64,000 bases of DNA from Eledone cirrhosa (lineage: Eukaryota), in the NCBI GenBank assembly GCA_964016885.1, contig OZ024744.1, positions 69,812,001 through 69,876,000 of the forward strand, written 5' to 3'. The notes under the pieces are model-generated. The model saw only the letters and a list, made by a program, of their open reading frames with translations. It was not told where the DNA came from and made no database searches. Shown here in pieces: positions 13,369 to 26,083 of the stretch (its first letter is position 1; each line of letters starts with the position of its first letter). Both the position numbers and the translations under genes were made by a program.

Positions 13369-14252
13369 AGGCGGTGGATTGGCAGTATCGGTAGAGGGTC
13401 GGATGCCATGCTTTGAAACATAGAGCTACCTCCCTGTATGATCTGAGTTCAAATCCCGCCGAGTTTAACTTTGCCTTTCATCCTTACAGGGTCGATAAAA
13501 TAAAGTACCAGTAATACACTGGGTTATTGCTGGCCTTGTGTCAAAAGTAGAAACAATTAATTAATTAGTCCATCTTTAATAATTGTTTCTACTTTAGGCA
13601 CAAGGCCAGCAATTACCCAGTGTATTACTGGTACTTTATTTTATCGACCCCGTATGGATGAAAGGCAAAGTTAACCTCGGCGGGATTTGAACTCAGACTG
13701 TAAAGGGACGTAACTATGCTGGAAAGCATGGCGTCCAACCCTCTACTGATACTGCCAATTCACCAATAATGATAATAATTGTTTCTACTTTTGGCACAAG
13801 CCCAGCAATTATTCTAGTGTATTACTGGTACTTTATTTTTATCGACCCCGTAAGGATGAAAGGCAAAATAATAATAATAAGGATTTCTACTATAAGCACA
13901 AGGCCAGTAATTTGTGGGGAGGTGAAAGTCGATTAAATCGACCCCAGTGCATTATTTTATCGACCCCGTAAGGATGAAAGGCAAAGTTAACCTCGGAAGG
14001 ATTTGAACTCAGAACGTAAAAGGCTGTAACTCTATAATAATAATAATAATAATAATGGTTTCTTATATAGGCACAAGGCCAGCAATTTTGGGGGGAAGGA
14101 GAAGTTGATTAAATCGGCCCCAGTATGTTACTGGTACTTTATTTTATCGACCCCCGTAAGGATGAAAGACAAAGTTAACTCAGAACGAAACGAGCCGTAA
14201 CTCTATGCTGCAAAGCATGTTGCTGACGCTCTACCGATTTTGCCAATCCACT
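13369..14252. mobile_element. SINE cluster: one plus copy, then about four minus copies in (AAT)n
   Basis: Plus copy 13369-13560; minus copies about 13580-13762, 13778-13868, 13880-14035, 14055-14252. Confidence 0.9.
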
Positions 14253-14274
14253 ACTTTTGATTATAATAATAATG

Positions 14275-16000
14275 GTTTCTTTATTAGCCAAGATGGCTGA
14301 CATAAAGAAAATTCTAAAGACGGTAGGGACAGCACAGGATGGTACAATGTAGGGGAAGGGGTTGTGTAAAAAAATGTTTAACAAAAACAACAAACATGTG
14401 TAAATTCAAACAAAAGATAATTCCTCAATAAGGGGAAGACTTCTGAGGGTCACTGCTGGAGAAAGCATAAAAACTTCACGGTCACATTGACCACCAGGGT
14501 AGGAGATCTCTACTTCCTTCAATCTATGGGCGCATATTCAGAGCAGGCCCTTTCACTCGACCAGGCTCGTCTCTCTCATTCATCTTTCAACAAACTAGTT
14601 GGAAGGTGGCACTTCCCTCTCCATCCTGATTTACCTCTTCAAATGAAACCTGATAAAATTTAACGGGGCTTTGCTGAAGAGGAAGGTACTTGTCTTCAAA
14701 CCTTTCAGGTGAATTCCCCACACGACCTGTTCGCCAGGGCCATCAGACAGATAAAAATAATTTACTTCTGGCTAAAGGTGACCACAACAGTTCACCGTCA
14801 AGGAAATGCTAGACATATTGTAGCCTCAGCACGTGTTTCTGCATCATCAGCCATGGCATGCCCGTTCCTCTACTCAACGCGGCGCTAACAGTAGATGAAT
14901 CGTCTGACCAGTGGCTCACGCCCCTTCCACAAAAGTGAATGAACGCTCATTCACTACATCCGCCCGACATTTCAGGGATTTCTTCCTCTCGACCCATTTC
15001 TGGCTGAGAGGGGCCATCTTGCTCATTACCTCGTCCCAGTTATTGTCCATCTGGAGGTCAGAACCAAACAACGCTGTTAGACGACATGGACTTGCCTCTC
15101 CAGGTGCCAAGTCACGAGTCTTTTTGGTTAATGTTTGCTTCTATTATCGCTTCCTACCTCCCCCTGCCCCGAGTGGTGCCGACCATCTCAATATGTTTGC
15201 TGCTCGACACCACTACAGATCTCCCGTGTCTTAGTCCCTCAACGTCTCCAGTTTGTGCAGTAATGAGAGCAGACAACCTTGGCGGACCGAGCGCATGATG
15301 TTGAACGACTCTGAGAAGTGACCGTTCACTCTAACCACCGAACAGGTGTGGCTGAGCATTGCAGTGATCCATCCCCTGAAAACTGATCGAAAACCGGCTG
15401 CTGAAGACCGCCACCAGGTATCAGTAAGATGGATGTTGTTGTGGATGGTTCTCTTTGAAGTGGCACATATCTGCGCCTCTCCTAACATACCATCAATGAC
15501 AAGTGCCAACCTCATCACTAACACCTTCACCAAAATTTTGAACTTTGCATTTAGCAGAGTTATGGGCCTAAACTTATCAATATGGTCCTCCTTGTTCGGA
15601 TCTTTTCGCAGCAGCACCATCGCTCCACGACTTTCATAACTGAGAATTCTACCGTTCTGCTGCCAGTTGCGATAGACGTCTGCCAAGAGATCGCCGAACA
15701 AATCTGGCATTTCATTGTAAAGCTCGTAGAACAGATCTTCCAAACCAGATCATTTGCTTTCGTGAAGCTAGTCATCGCCTCCCATATTTCAACGGCTATT
15801 ATCGACTTTTCGCAACACTTCACCTCTCGTGAACTGGCCCATCACTGCTTCCGAACAGTTGAGCGAATTGTCGCTGAAAAGCTGCACACATCTGTCTGGG
15901 ATTGAGTAACATGCGCCCGTTGTGGTCCACCAAAAGCAAGATTGTGGTTTTGTTGCCACATCACGCCTCCTCCACTAGGGTCCATCCAACGGCTTTCCTT
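14275..16000 (-). mobile_element. Decayed Tx1/L1 LINE ending in (ATT)n
   Basis: LYNEMPDLFGDLL..FRPITLLN..KILVKVL, SVRQGC, LFGSDLQMDNNW; 3' end AATAAAGAAACCATTATTATT. Confidence 0.85.
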
Positions 16001-16599
16001 GACCATATCCACATTGGTACATTCTAAAAACCTAGCTGGTACCTATCAGACAGTTGGAAAGGAATGGGAAAGTTTATGAGGCTTTTATACCTTCCCCTTC
16101 TATCTGCTTACTCCGCACAGTCACAGCGTGCAGCTAAGATACCGTTCTAGTCGCCCACTAACACTAAAGAGCGGTACGTGAACTGGACTGAAGGTATGTC
16201 CTTTACTGCTGGCCATGTCCAACACTATTAACTTACCTTCCGTGTCCAGGAAGATGGTCTGTATTGTGAGATCCTAGCCTTTCCCAACAACACAGCTGCT
16301 TTGCTTCAAGATGCCGGACGGCTTGGAGATACATACACCTCATAGCACCCGAAAATGTGTGCGAAGGCTCGTGCCTCGGAAAATATAATGGAATGACTCC
16401 GCAAAAGTAACCCCCACTGTTATTGGTGTATTAGGAACAGTTACCAACAGAATAGGAAAAATTTTTTAAGCCATAATTAAGAAGAAAGTAGTATTGATCT
16501 AAAAGTCTGCCTTACTGGGACAGCAAGATTAATCAGAAAGTCCTTGAGTTCTGACCTTAAGACCAAAAATTGTATTATATTCGTGCAAAACAAAAATAG

Positions 16600-17290
16600 A
16601 TATTTCTAGTTTTGGCACAAGGCAAGCAATTTGAAAAAAAGGGGAAATTTCGATCATATCGACCCTGGTTCTTTACTGGTACTTTCTTTCATCGATTCCA
16701 AAAAGATGAAAGGCAAAATTGACTTCAGCGGAATTTTAACTCAGAACATAAAGGGCCGTAACTAAATGCGGCAAAGCATTTTGTCTGTCGTTTTAATTAT
16801 TCTATCAATCCACCACACTGAATGGTTTATAATTTAGGCACAAAGACATCAATTTGTTGGTAGTGGGGAGGGGAGTCGATTACTGTACTTTATTTTATCA
16901 ACCCCGGAAGGATAAAAAGCAAAGTTAACCTTGATGGGATTTGAACTTAGAATGTAAAGATGTGTATATAAACACCACAAGGTATTTTGATTGACGTTCT
17001 ACCAAGTCTACCATTCTGGCACCCATACGGTTATAACAATTTTGATGCCTATGCCTTTTTCTTCTATTTTTTATTTATTTATTTTTTTTACGATAATAAT
17101 TATTTCTAACATTAGCACATGATGGCAATTGATCACTTCGATACAGGGTCTTTATTTTATCGTCTTCAGATTGATAAAAGGCAAAGCTGACCTAGGCAGG
17201 ATTTGAATTCAGAACGTAGAAAGTTGTAACTAAATTCTGCAAAACGTTTTGTCCGACTCGACACTCTAACGATATTGTAAATTCACCGGT
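16600..17290 (-). mobile_element. Three older diverged SINE copies
   Basis: GATGAAAGGCAAA..GA.TTGAA.TCAGAA motif three times. Confidence 0.8.
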
Positions 17291-18311
17291 CCTTTTTACG
17301 ATTATAATAATTGTATAAAATACAAAATATTTATAAAATTATATTAGATAAAAGGGAGTTAGTATGAATAAGAAAGAACGAAAGGAAATGTTGAATGAAT
17401 GAATGAATGAATGATTGAATGAATGAATGAATGAATGAATGAATGAATGAAATATATAAGGGATGATATAAAGATACAAATAAATGGTTGATGGGATTAA
17501 ATGAAGGAATCCCGGAAAAGAAAAGAAAAAGAAGAAAATCAAGAAAGTAAAAAAAAAAAAAAATAGTAAAACAACGTGTCAAAGAAAAAGATAAAAGAAC
17601 AGTGTATGAAAATGTGAACGGATTAATTGTTATAAAGCGGACAATGTCGCTAGGAATTTAGAATAGTTTTTAGGGAAATTAAAAGAAAACAACAGCCAAA
17701 AAATACAAAAGTAAGCTAGACAAAGAAACTTGAAACCTAGATATTGGCCTGTTATGGGATGAGGTGAATTCAGGTACAATTATGGTGTGTGTGTGTGTGG
17801 CGACGGGTGGGAAGGTTTATTAAATATTGATTTCTAACATAGATGGAAGGCTACACATTTTACATGGTGGACGGGGGGAGGGTGAAGCACATTGGGGGGA
17901 AATCTATCCCTGTATTTAACTTGTACTTTATGTTACCAGCCCTTGAAGGGTAAACAGTAAAGTTATCCTTAGTAGTCTATTGTAATTTCCTTTACATCTA
18001 GAATGTTTCAGTGGTAAAATGTACCACCATTGTGGTACTTATTTCTCTCTCTCTCTCTCTCTCTCTCTGTGGAACTTGCATAGAAAAAATGGTAGCTTAC
18101 ATATAACTAATCCTCACTTTATTCCTCATAGTAGTATGATAGTAACATATATTCAGGTGAATCGTGTGCTACAGCCAGCTGCATATATTCTGAGGGGCAT
18201 TAGTTTAGTGCCGCGTGCACACCAACATATGATAGAGGGATTTTCTTTATAATGATTCTATTCTTACAGTTTCGTGATATAATCTGGATTAAATATGTTT
18301 TCAAATTTATA

Positions 18312-18495
18312 ATTGTTTCTACTTTTGGCACAAGGCCAGCAATTATCTCAGTGTATTACTGGTACTTTATTTTATCGACCCCGTAAGGATGAAAGGCAAA
18401 GTTAATCTCGGCGGGATTTGAACTCAAACCATAAAGGGCCGTAACTCTTTGCTGCAAAGCATGGCTTCCGACCCTCTACCGATACTGCCAATCCA
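18312..18495 (-). mobile_element. tRNA-derived SINE
   Basis: Full reverse-complement match to 593-785. Confidence 0.9.
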
Positions 18496-18629
18496 AATTT
18501 AATAATGCACACTCAGAAAGTAAGATTAAATCAGATCGAAATTATGCTTATGTTTATTTCAGTGGAGCAGTAGTTTCAGCACATTAGTACATGCTGTGAC
18601 AACAGTCACGATACTAATGTACTAAAAGG

Positions 18630-18962
18630 GCAAAGATCCCCTTTGCTCACGAATAACCATGAGATTTACACCTAGAATGATCCGAGACACAAGACCAGGC
18701 AAAGTGTTATGTAAAAAACCAGCAGTCGCCCATGCACACCAGTCTTCCCTCTCCACGCCACAGATGTTGTCTAAGGAAAAGACAATGGCCGATAGAACTT
18801 GCCACCAGTGACGTTGTAACTCATTTCTACAGCTGAATGAACTGGAGTAACGTGGAATAAAGTATCTTGCTCAGGGACACAGCGCATATCAAGGTCCGGA
18901 GAATCGAACTCACAACCTCACGATTATAAGCCCAGCACCACAATCACTAAGGTATACACCTT
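18630..18962 (-). mobile_element. Second tRNA-derived SINE family
   Basis: Minus-strand tRNA-like head with GAGTTCGATTC B box followed by GTGTCCCTGAGCAAGATACTT (CORE/V-SINE-like motif). Confidence 0.7.
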
Positions 18963-18987
18963 CACTAACATATTAACTTATTGTTAT

Positions 18988-19162
18988 TTGACCCCGTAAG
19001 GATGAAAGGCAAAGTTAACCTTGGTGGGATTTGAACTTTACGGTCTGAGTTCAAATCCCGTCGAGGTTAACTTTGCCTTTCATCCTTACGGGGTCGATAA
19101 AATAAAGTACCAGTAATACACTGGGTAATTGCTGGTCTTGTGCCAAAAGTAGAAACAGTTAT
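18988..19162. mobile_element. Head-to-head pair of SINE fragments
   Basis: Minus fragment 18988-19037 joined to plus fragment 19038-19162 near the B box. Confidence 0.8.
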
Positions 19163-19319
19163 TTAAACAGTACAAAATTACTCCTGAGTGGACCACAACT
19201 CATATTAATTGGTATCATTCTACTTCACAGTGGTACATTCTTACTGTAAACCGATCTCAGAATCAAGTTTCCTATAAAGTAAGGTCACTGGACTCAACAA
19301 CTACAGTGAAATTGTATAT

Positions 19320-20150
19320 GTGACCAGGCTGGTGCGGCGCAACCGTCTCCAATTGATCTTGCTTGATCTCCAAGCAAGACCAACCAAGCTCATGGATGTT
19401 ATCCAACCATCTTGCTTTGATTCTATTCCTAGGTCTCCTGCCAGTTGGTTTTACCCGTAAAATATGTCCAGCAATTCTTTCCTGAGACATGCCCATAGCA
19501 TCGGAGTTGTGATCTCTCATTTCGGAGAAGTTGCGGTTATACTTAGACCCTTCAGAGGAATCTCATTCCAGCCGCTTGTATTTGCTGTCGAGTGCTGTAC
19601 GGCAGGAATGAAAATCTGTATTAGGAAGACTGAGGCAGTGGTCCTATCAAGGGCGCCTACACAGTGCACTCTACATTTGAATGGAGTTCCATTGAAGCAG
19701 ATGGGACGGTTCAAGTATCTCAGGGCCGTGTTCACGAGTGATGAAAGTCAGGAGGCTGAATTATATGCAAGAATTGCGGGAGCTGGTGCAAAAATCCGCC
19801 AGCTTCAGTATTCAGTCATCAAATGAAGAGAGGTGGGTGTAAAAGCTAAGCCCTCTGTCTTCAATTCGATATTCGTGCCAACCCTTACCTACGGTCATGA
19901 ATTATGGGTAACGACCGAACCATGTAGAGAAGTTCAAGTATCTTGGGGCCGTGTTCACGAGGAATAGAAAGCAGGAGGCTGAATTAAGTGAAAGAATTGC
20001 AGAAACTGGTGCAGAAATGCGCCAGCTTCAGCTTCCAGTCATCAAAACAAGGTAGGTAGATGTAAAAGCCAAACTGGTTATCTTCAATTCGGTATTCATG
20101 CTAACCCTTACCTATAGCCATGAATCTTGGGTAATGACTGAAAGATGGAA
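19320..20150. mobile_element. Rearranged RTE-clade LINE fragments
   Basis: Minus: MSQERIAGHILRVKPTGRRPRNRIKARWLDNI; plus: GMKICIRKTEAVVL..FKYLRAVFTSD, with the FKYL segment repeated at about 19930. Confidence 0.75.
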
Positions 20151-20478
20151 CTCCCAAATTTCAAAATATGAAAAACATGATTTGAAGTTCAATAAAATGT
20201 TCAATAAAATGTTCAATAAAATACATTTTAGTATTTACTTTCGCCTCTCTACATTCTAAGTTGAATCAACAAATAGAAACACATATACAGGAAAATTCAT
20301 ATACATGTGTATACATACACAGAGACATACTCACATATAACACACATGGTATGGTCCCGTAACTCCTGATAGAGTCAGGGGGGCACTGTATTGACATACG
20401 GCGTTTCTTGGGCATTTTAAGCCTGGCGGAGCCCATCCCTCTCCAGGTCTGAGTACACCAGATTTCTTCCAGAAAAAG

Positions 20479-20509
<31 letters not shown>

Positions 20510-20529
20510 AACTGAGACAGAGATGTAGA

Positions 20530-20678
20530 GGACGAATCGACCCCAGTACTAGACTGGTACTTTATTTATCGACCTCCAAAGTTGACCTCGGCGGGATTTG
20601 AACTCCGAGAACAGAGAGCCGGAACGAATATTGTAAAACATTCTATCTGAAGTTCTAACGACTCTGCCAATTCGCCTC
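20530..20678 (-). mobile_element. Diverged SINE
   Basis: GACCTCGGCGGGATTTGAACTC and A box on the minus strand. Confidence 0.75.
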
Positions 20679-20749
20679 CTATAGCACATACATTCAGACA
20701 AAAATATTTAAAAAAGAAAGGCCACGCAAATATAATAATGATAATAATG

Positions 20750-21185
20750 AAATTATTGTGTACAGTGCTCAGGTGCACAACTCATCAAAGGTGCATATAT
20801 AGTATATAGTAATGTACAAATGTCAGGAAAGTGAACAGTGTATGAGTCATGATATACATGTGTGCGTGTGTATGGAGTGCGGGGGGGGGGGGGGGGCACC
20901 AAGTGTAGTGTTGGTGAATTTCAGGAAGAATGGAGGTTTTAAAAGATGCAGTGTCTCGACAGCTAACAACTGATGCAAAGAGTTTGTTCCATGCTTCAGC
21001 AACTCTGAGCGGGAAAAAAATATTTCCGAAAGTCATGGGTGCTGTGCTGTTTTCTGACTTTGTAGGCATGTCCACGTGTGTTAGACACATGGAATTCAAA
21101 AAGGTGCTCAGGGTTGTTGTTGGCAAGATAGTTAATAATGTTGTGGGCGTTTACTAAGTCAGTTGCCAGACGTCGGAGCTTCAAT
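20750..21185 (-). mobile_element. CR1-group LINE 3' end
   Basis: RRLATDL...NTRGHAYKVRK...RKYFF / RVAEAWNKL, the typical CR1 ORF2 C-terminus; tail runs into (ATT)n. Confidence 0.8.
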
Positions 21186-21409
21186 GAATTATTCGCTTGG
21201 TTGGACGGAACCAAACACACACGCAGATATGATACCAAACACACACAGACTCGAACTATGTAGCGTCTTACAAAGAAAGGAATATAGATACATATATGAA
21301 AGCTTACAAAGGATCAAAATGGCGCACAAAGGTAAAATAGACAGGATATGCTCATACACACGCGCTCATACACATTTATACGCATACGCATACACACTCA
21401 CACACATAC

Positions 21410-21690
<281 letters not shown>

Positions 21691-22241
21691 TATTAATTGT
21701 CTAACAAAACTATCTTAAAACACGTTGTTTTTTTTTATTTTAATTTCTCATTATGAATTCAGAAAATGAGAAATAATTTAATAATTATATTTCATTATCC
21801 AATAAAAATGTTGCCAACATGATTTTAATGTTGCCAAGATACTATTTTTTTTTTGTTTAGTTTGTTTTTTTTAAGTTAAATTAAAATAAATTAAATTAAT
21901 TTGATGGATACTACAGAGGAAGAACATTATCTTGTCCCCTTTTCCGTTTAAAATCCTGCGTTATATATATACATATCAATAAAAGCGTATACGGACCCAT
22001 ATACCATATGTTTGTATAAAGTTATTAATTTATTTAATCAATTTAAACGTCCGTTTAGAGGTGATAAGGATGGGTGTCAAATACCCGTTATAATTAAGAA
22101 ACAAAAACAATAGAGAGACAGAGAAAGAAAGGGAAATAAGAAAAAGTTAGACAATATATGTGTGTGTGTGTGTGTGTTTAAATTTGGTAGTTCACGACTG
22201 GGTAGAATTCCAGAAGCTGTCCGACCTCCTGTCATTCTACT

Positions 22242-22310
<69 letters not shown>

Positions 22311-22314
<4 letters not shown>

Positions 22315-22465
22315 ATAATAATACATTTGAAGACTAAAATCCAAAGACGGCTCGATAAGGATAAATATATATCAAATATATAAGAACCGTAGAGCAAATA
22401 TTTATTAAAATAACAGATTAAAGTTTAGGGTGAAAGCAGCGATTCATTGCTGGGACTTTAATCTG

Positions 22466-22471
<6 letters not shown>
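22311..22471. mobile_element. Short fold-back copy of HHR family E between (TA)n tracts
   Basis: Left arm is the reverse complement of about 53089-53205; right arm AGGGT GAAA GCAGCGATT.. is the 3' half of the family E HHR. Confidence 0.8.
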
Positions 22472-22541
<70 letters not shown>

Positions 22542-22623
22542 GAGATAAGCGGAACAAGTAAAATTCAAACAATCTTTCAAAATAAATTCAAAAAATATAA
22601 TTTAAATATTTACCTATCCATAT

Positions 22624-22704
22624 TGCTTTTACCGACGGTTTCGCCTCACACAAGATTGGAAATCCGAGGCACTTCCAATGGAAAGTTCAGCTCTTCAGAA
22701 AGCA
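22624..22704 (-). ncRNA. Type I hammerhead ribozyme with enlarged stem II region
   Basis: UGCUUU CUGAAGA [GC..49 nt with internal hairpins..GC] GAAA CCG-U-CGG UA AAAGCA; lies in a 275-bp block (22540-22813) bounded by (TA)n. Confidence 0.75.
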
Positions 22705-22811
22705 TTTTCCCTGACATAGGACATAAAGTCCCACAGCCGGCAAATATATTGCCTGCAGTGCAGCATCGAATGGGGCCGTAAACGTGATCTGATCTACACG
22801 TGAACTGGTCG

Positions 22812-22874
<63 letters not shown>

Positions 22875-22875
<1 letters not shown>

Positions 22876-23525
22876 CCAGCAGAAATTGAAAATTAGAATT
22901 GGTGCTCTGAAATAGCGATATATATATATGAATGTATATATAGTGTATTTTGCAATACGCTGTATGCTTAATTAAAAGCATTTTGAAGACCATACGCTAT
23001 TATTTTAAAGTACTGACAGTGTCAATTACTTAAATTTTCAGCAAACAGGGGAGATAAGCTGTCAGAGCTCTGTTTCGTACTTATTTGGTACTTATCATAG
23101 CTCGCTAGTCTCCCTGTTTGCTGAAAATTATGTGTGTTGGATTCTTATAGAATTCCAGTAATAATCAGGAACTGATTACACAGAGCGGTCGCCGGTCCAT
23201 TCATATATATATATCGCTATTTCAGAGCACCAATTCTAATTTTCAATTTCTGCTGGACCGGCGACGCTCTGTGTAATCAGCTCCTGCTTATTACTGGAAT
23301 TCTATAAGAATCCAACACACATCATTTTCAGCAAACAGGGAGAGTAGTGGGCTTTGATAAGTACCTACAAGTACGAAACAGAGCTCTGTCAGCTTATCAC
23401 TCCTGTTTGCTGAAAATGTAAGTAATTGACACTGTCAGTACTTTAAAACAATAGCGTATGGTCTTCAAAATACTTTTAATTAAGCATACAGTGTATTACA
23501 AATTACACTATATATACATTCATAT
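22875..23525. mobile_element. Head-to-head pair of about 320-nt HHR monomers (family B, sister of the 310-bp array)
   Basis: Left arm 22875-23199 and right arm 23198-23525 are inverted, each one unit long; (TA)n on both sides; shares blocks such as TGCTCTGAAATAGCGATAT and AGAGCGGT.GCCGGTCC with the 310-bp unit. Confidence 0.88.
23349..23395 (+). ncRNA. Type I hammerhead ribozyme with U3:A8 variant core
   Basis: GGGCU UUGAUAA GUAC-CUACAA-GUAC GAAA CAG-AGCU-CUG UC AGCUU; damaged mirror copy at 23056-23103 (-). Confidence 0.75.
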
Positions 23526-24362
23526 ATATATATATATATATATATAAACAATTAAGTTAAAAATGTACATCCACATATGTATACTGAAATACTAGTATGC
23601 ATATGAATACACACACGTATACATATGTAGATGTACCAAGTCTTTCACTGGTTACTTTACTGTGAGTATCCAGCTATTCTGTATGTAAACACACAGACAA
23701 ACCGGTTTTTAGAGTCATACTGGTTTTTGAAGAAACACCTTTCCTCTATTCTCCAGAAAGCGTCAGTCTACACACAGAATCTACACACAGAAAAGACGCA
23801 ATGTTTAGACAAATCACAGAGGCAATAAACATAAATGAACTCCAACCAAAATTAAATAGAAAACATGAATGGAATAATAACATCACAACTTACAATTAAG
23901 GACAAAATGAAAACACACACATAGAACAAACAACCAACCAGTAACATGTAAATGAACAAATAAATAAACAAATAAAAAACACACACAGACACCTGGATGT
24001 AACACATGCGCAAACTAAGCACACAACAGGCACAAAAACAAGATGGCGTAGGACAGAACAAAGGAGAGGCACAAAACAAAGAAAAGAATCCCCAGTCACT
24101 GAAGTGGTCACAGAATGTGTGACGAAAGAACTTTGACAATATATGAACAACCGTCCGGTTATGGAATCAACCAACCAACCGGAAATTTATAAATTCTTAA
24201 ATTTATAAATTTAATTTATAATAAATTGGAGTGAAAGCAACTGGTGCGTGTGTTTCTTATTGGCAACATGACCCTCCCAAAGCATAACAATATCGGTTTC
24301 AACACACATTTTCAGATAAAGTATCTTGCTAAACAAATTCAGAAACGAAATATATATATATG

Positions 24363-24397
<35 letters not shown>

Positions 24398-24401
<4 letters not shown>

Positions 24402-24575
24402 CGGAGGAGTTGTGGTAAGGAACCAGATGGACCATAACGCACCAGAGTACTCAATACTTAGAGTAGTAGAGTGGGAAATAGGAAAAAGTATGACCCCGTC
24501 GGAAGAGATCAAGCCGTTTCGACGGCTATAGCCGTTATAGTCCATCTGGTTCCTTACCACATTTCCTTTGCTTTA
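24398..24575. mobile_element. Family F fold-back element with half hammerhead
   Basis: Minus arm carries stem II ACGGCUAUAGCCGUC, GAAA and a mutated stem III; no CUGA core; the inverted segment CCATCTGGTTCCTTACCACA follows. Confidence 0.7.
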
Positions 24576-24709
24576 TATATATATATGAAGATAGACATAG
24601 AATATTCGAAAATATTCTGTATGTTTATAATAAACATTTTGAAGACCTAATCGCTATAGAATAGAATACGTCACGTATTACAATTAGATTCTCGATAAAA
24701 GCAAGGGAA

Positions 24710-25682
24710 GTAACCTACGCGTTTCATTCTTATTAGAAATCTTCAGGATTACATATCCAGTGCTTTTATCGAGAATGACACAGCTAGAGACTTATAGAAT
24801 ACTTAGCTGTGTACAGGAACTGGTTTGAAAGAGCGGTTGCCGGTCCGGCAGAAATTAGAAATTAGATTAAGTGCTCTGAAATAGCGATATATATGTGAAG
24901 ATAGACATAGAATATTCGAAAATATTCTGTATGTTTATAATAAACATTTTGAAGACCTAATCGCTATAGAATAGAATACGTCACGTATTACAATTAGATT
25001 CTCGATAAAAGCAAGGGAAGTAACCTACGCGTTTCATTCTTATTAGAAATCTTCAGGATTACATATCCAGTGCTTTTATCGAGAATGACACAGCTAGAGA
25101 CTTATAGAATACTTAGCTGTGTACAGGAACTGGTTTGAAAGAGCGGTTGCCGGTCCGGCAGAAATTAGAAATTAGATTAAATGCTCTGAAATAGCGATAT
25201 ATATGTGAAGATAGACATAGAATATTCGAAAATATTCTGTATGTTTATAATAAACATTTTGAAGACCTAATCGCTATAGAATAGAATACGTCACGTATTA
25301 CAATTAGATTCTCGATAAAAGCAAGGGAAGTAACCTACGCGTTTCATTCTTATTAGAAATCTTCAGGATTACATATCCAGTGCTTTTATCGAGAATGACA
25401 CAGCTAGAGACTTATAGAATACTTAGCTGTGTACAGGAACTGGTTTGAAAGAGCGGTTGCCGGTCCGGCAGAAATTAGAAATTAGATTAAGTGCTCTGAA
25501 ATAGCGATATATATGTGAAGATAGACATAGAATATTCGAAAATATTCTGTATGTTTATAATAAACATTTTGAAGACCTAATCGCTATAGAATAGAATACG
25601 TCACGTATTACAATTAGATTCTCGATAAAAGCAAGGGAAGTAACCTACGCGTTTCATTCTTATTAGAAATCTTCAGGATTAC
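24710..25682 (-). ncRNA. Four minimal type I HHR copies (24710-24752, 25020-25062, 25330-25372, 25640-25682)
   Basis: Exact reverse complement of the motif at 26084-26126. Confidence 0.88.
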
Positions 25683-26083
25683 ATATCCAGTGCTTTTATC
25701 GAGAATGACACAGCTAGAGACTTATAGAATACTTAGCTGTGTACAGGAACTGGTTTGAAAGAGCGGTTGCCGGTCCGGCAGAAATTAGAAATTAGATTAA
25801 ATGCTCTGAAATAGCGATATATATGTGAAGATAGACATAGAATATTCGAAAATATTCTATTCTATTCTATAGCGATTAGGTCTTCAAAATGTTTATTATA
25901 AACATACAGAATATTTTCGAATATTCTATGTCTATCTTCACATATATATCGCTATTTCAGAGCATTTAATCTAATTTCTAATTTCTGCCGGACCGGCAAC
26001 CGCTCTTTCAAACCAGTTCCTGTACACAGCTAAGTATTCTATAAGTCTCTAGCTGTGTCATTCTCGATAAAAGCACTGGATAT

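Noticed and set aside
24283-24322. Minus-strand CUGAAAA..GAAACCG hammerhead-like string
   Set aside because: C3/A8 mismatch and no convincing stems I or II
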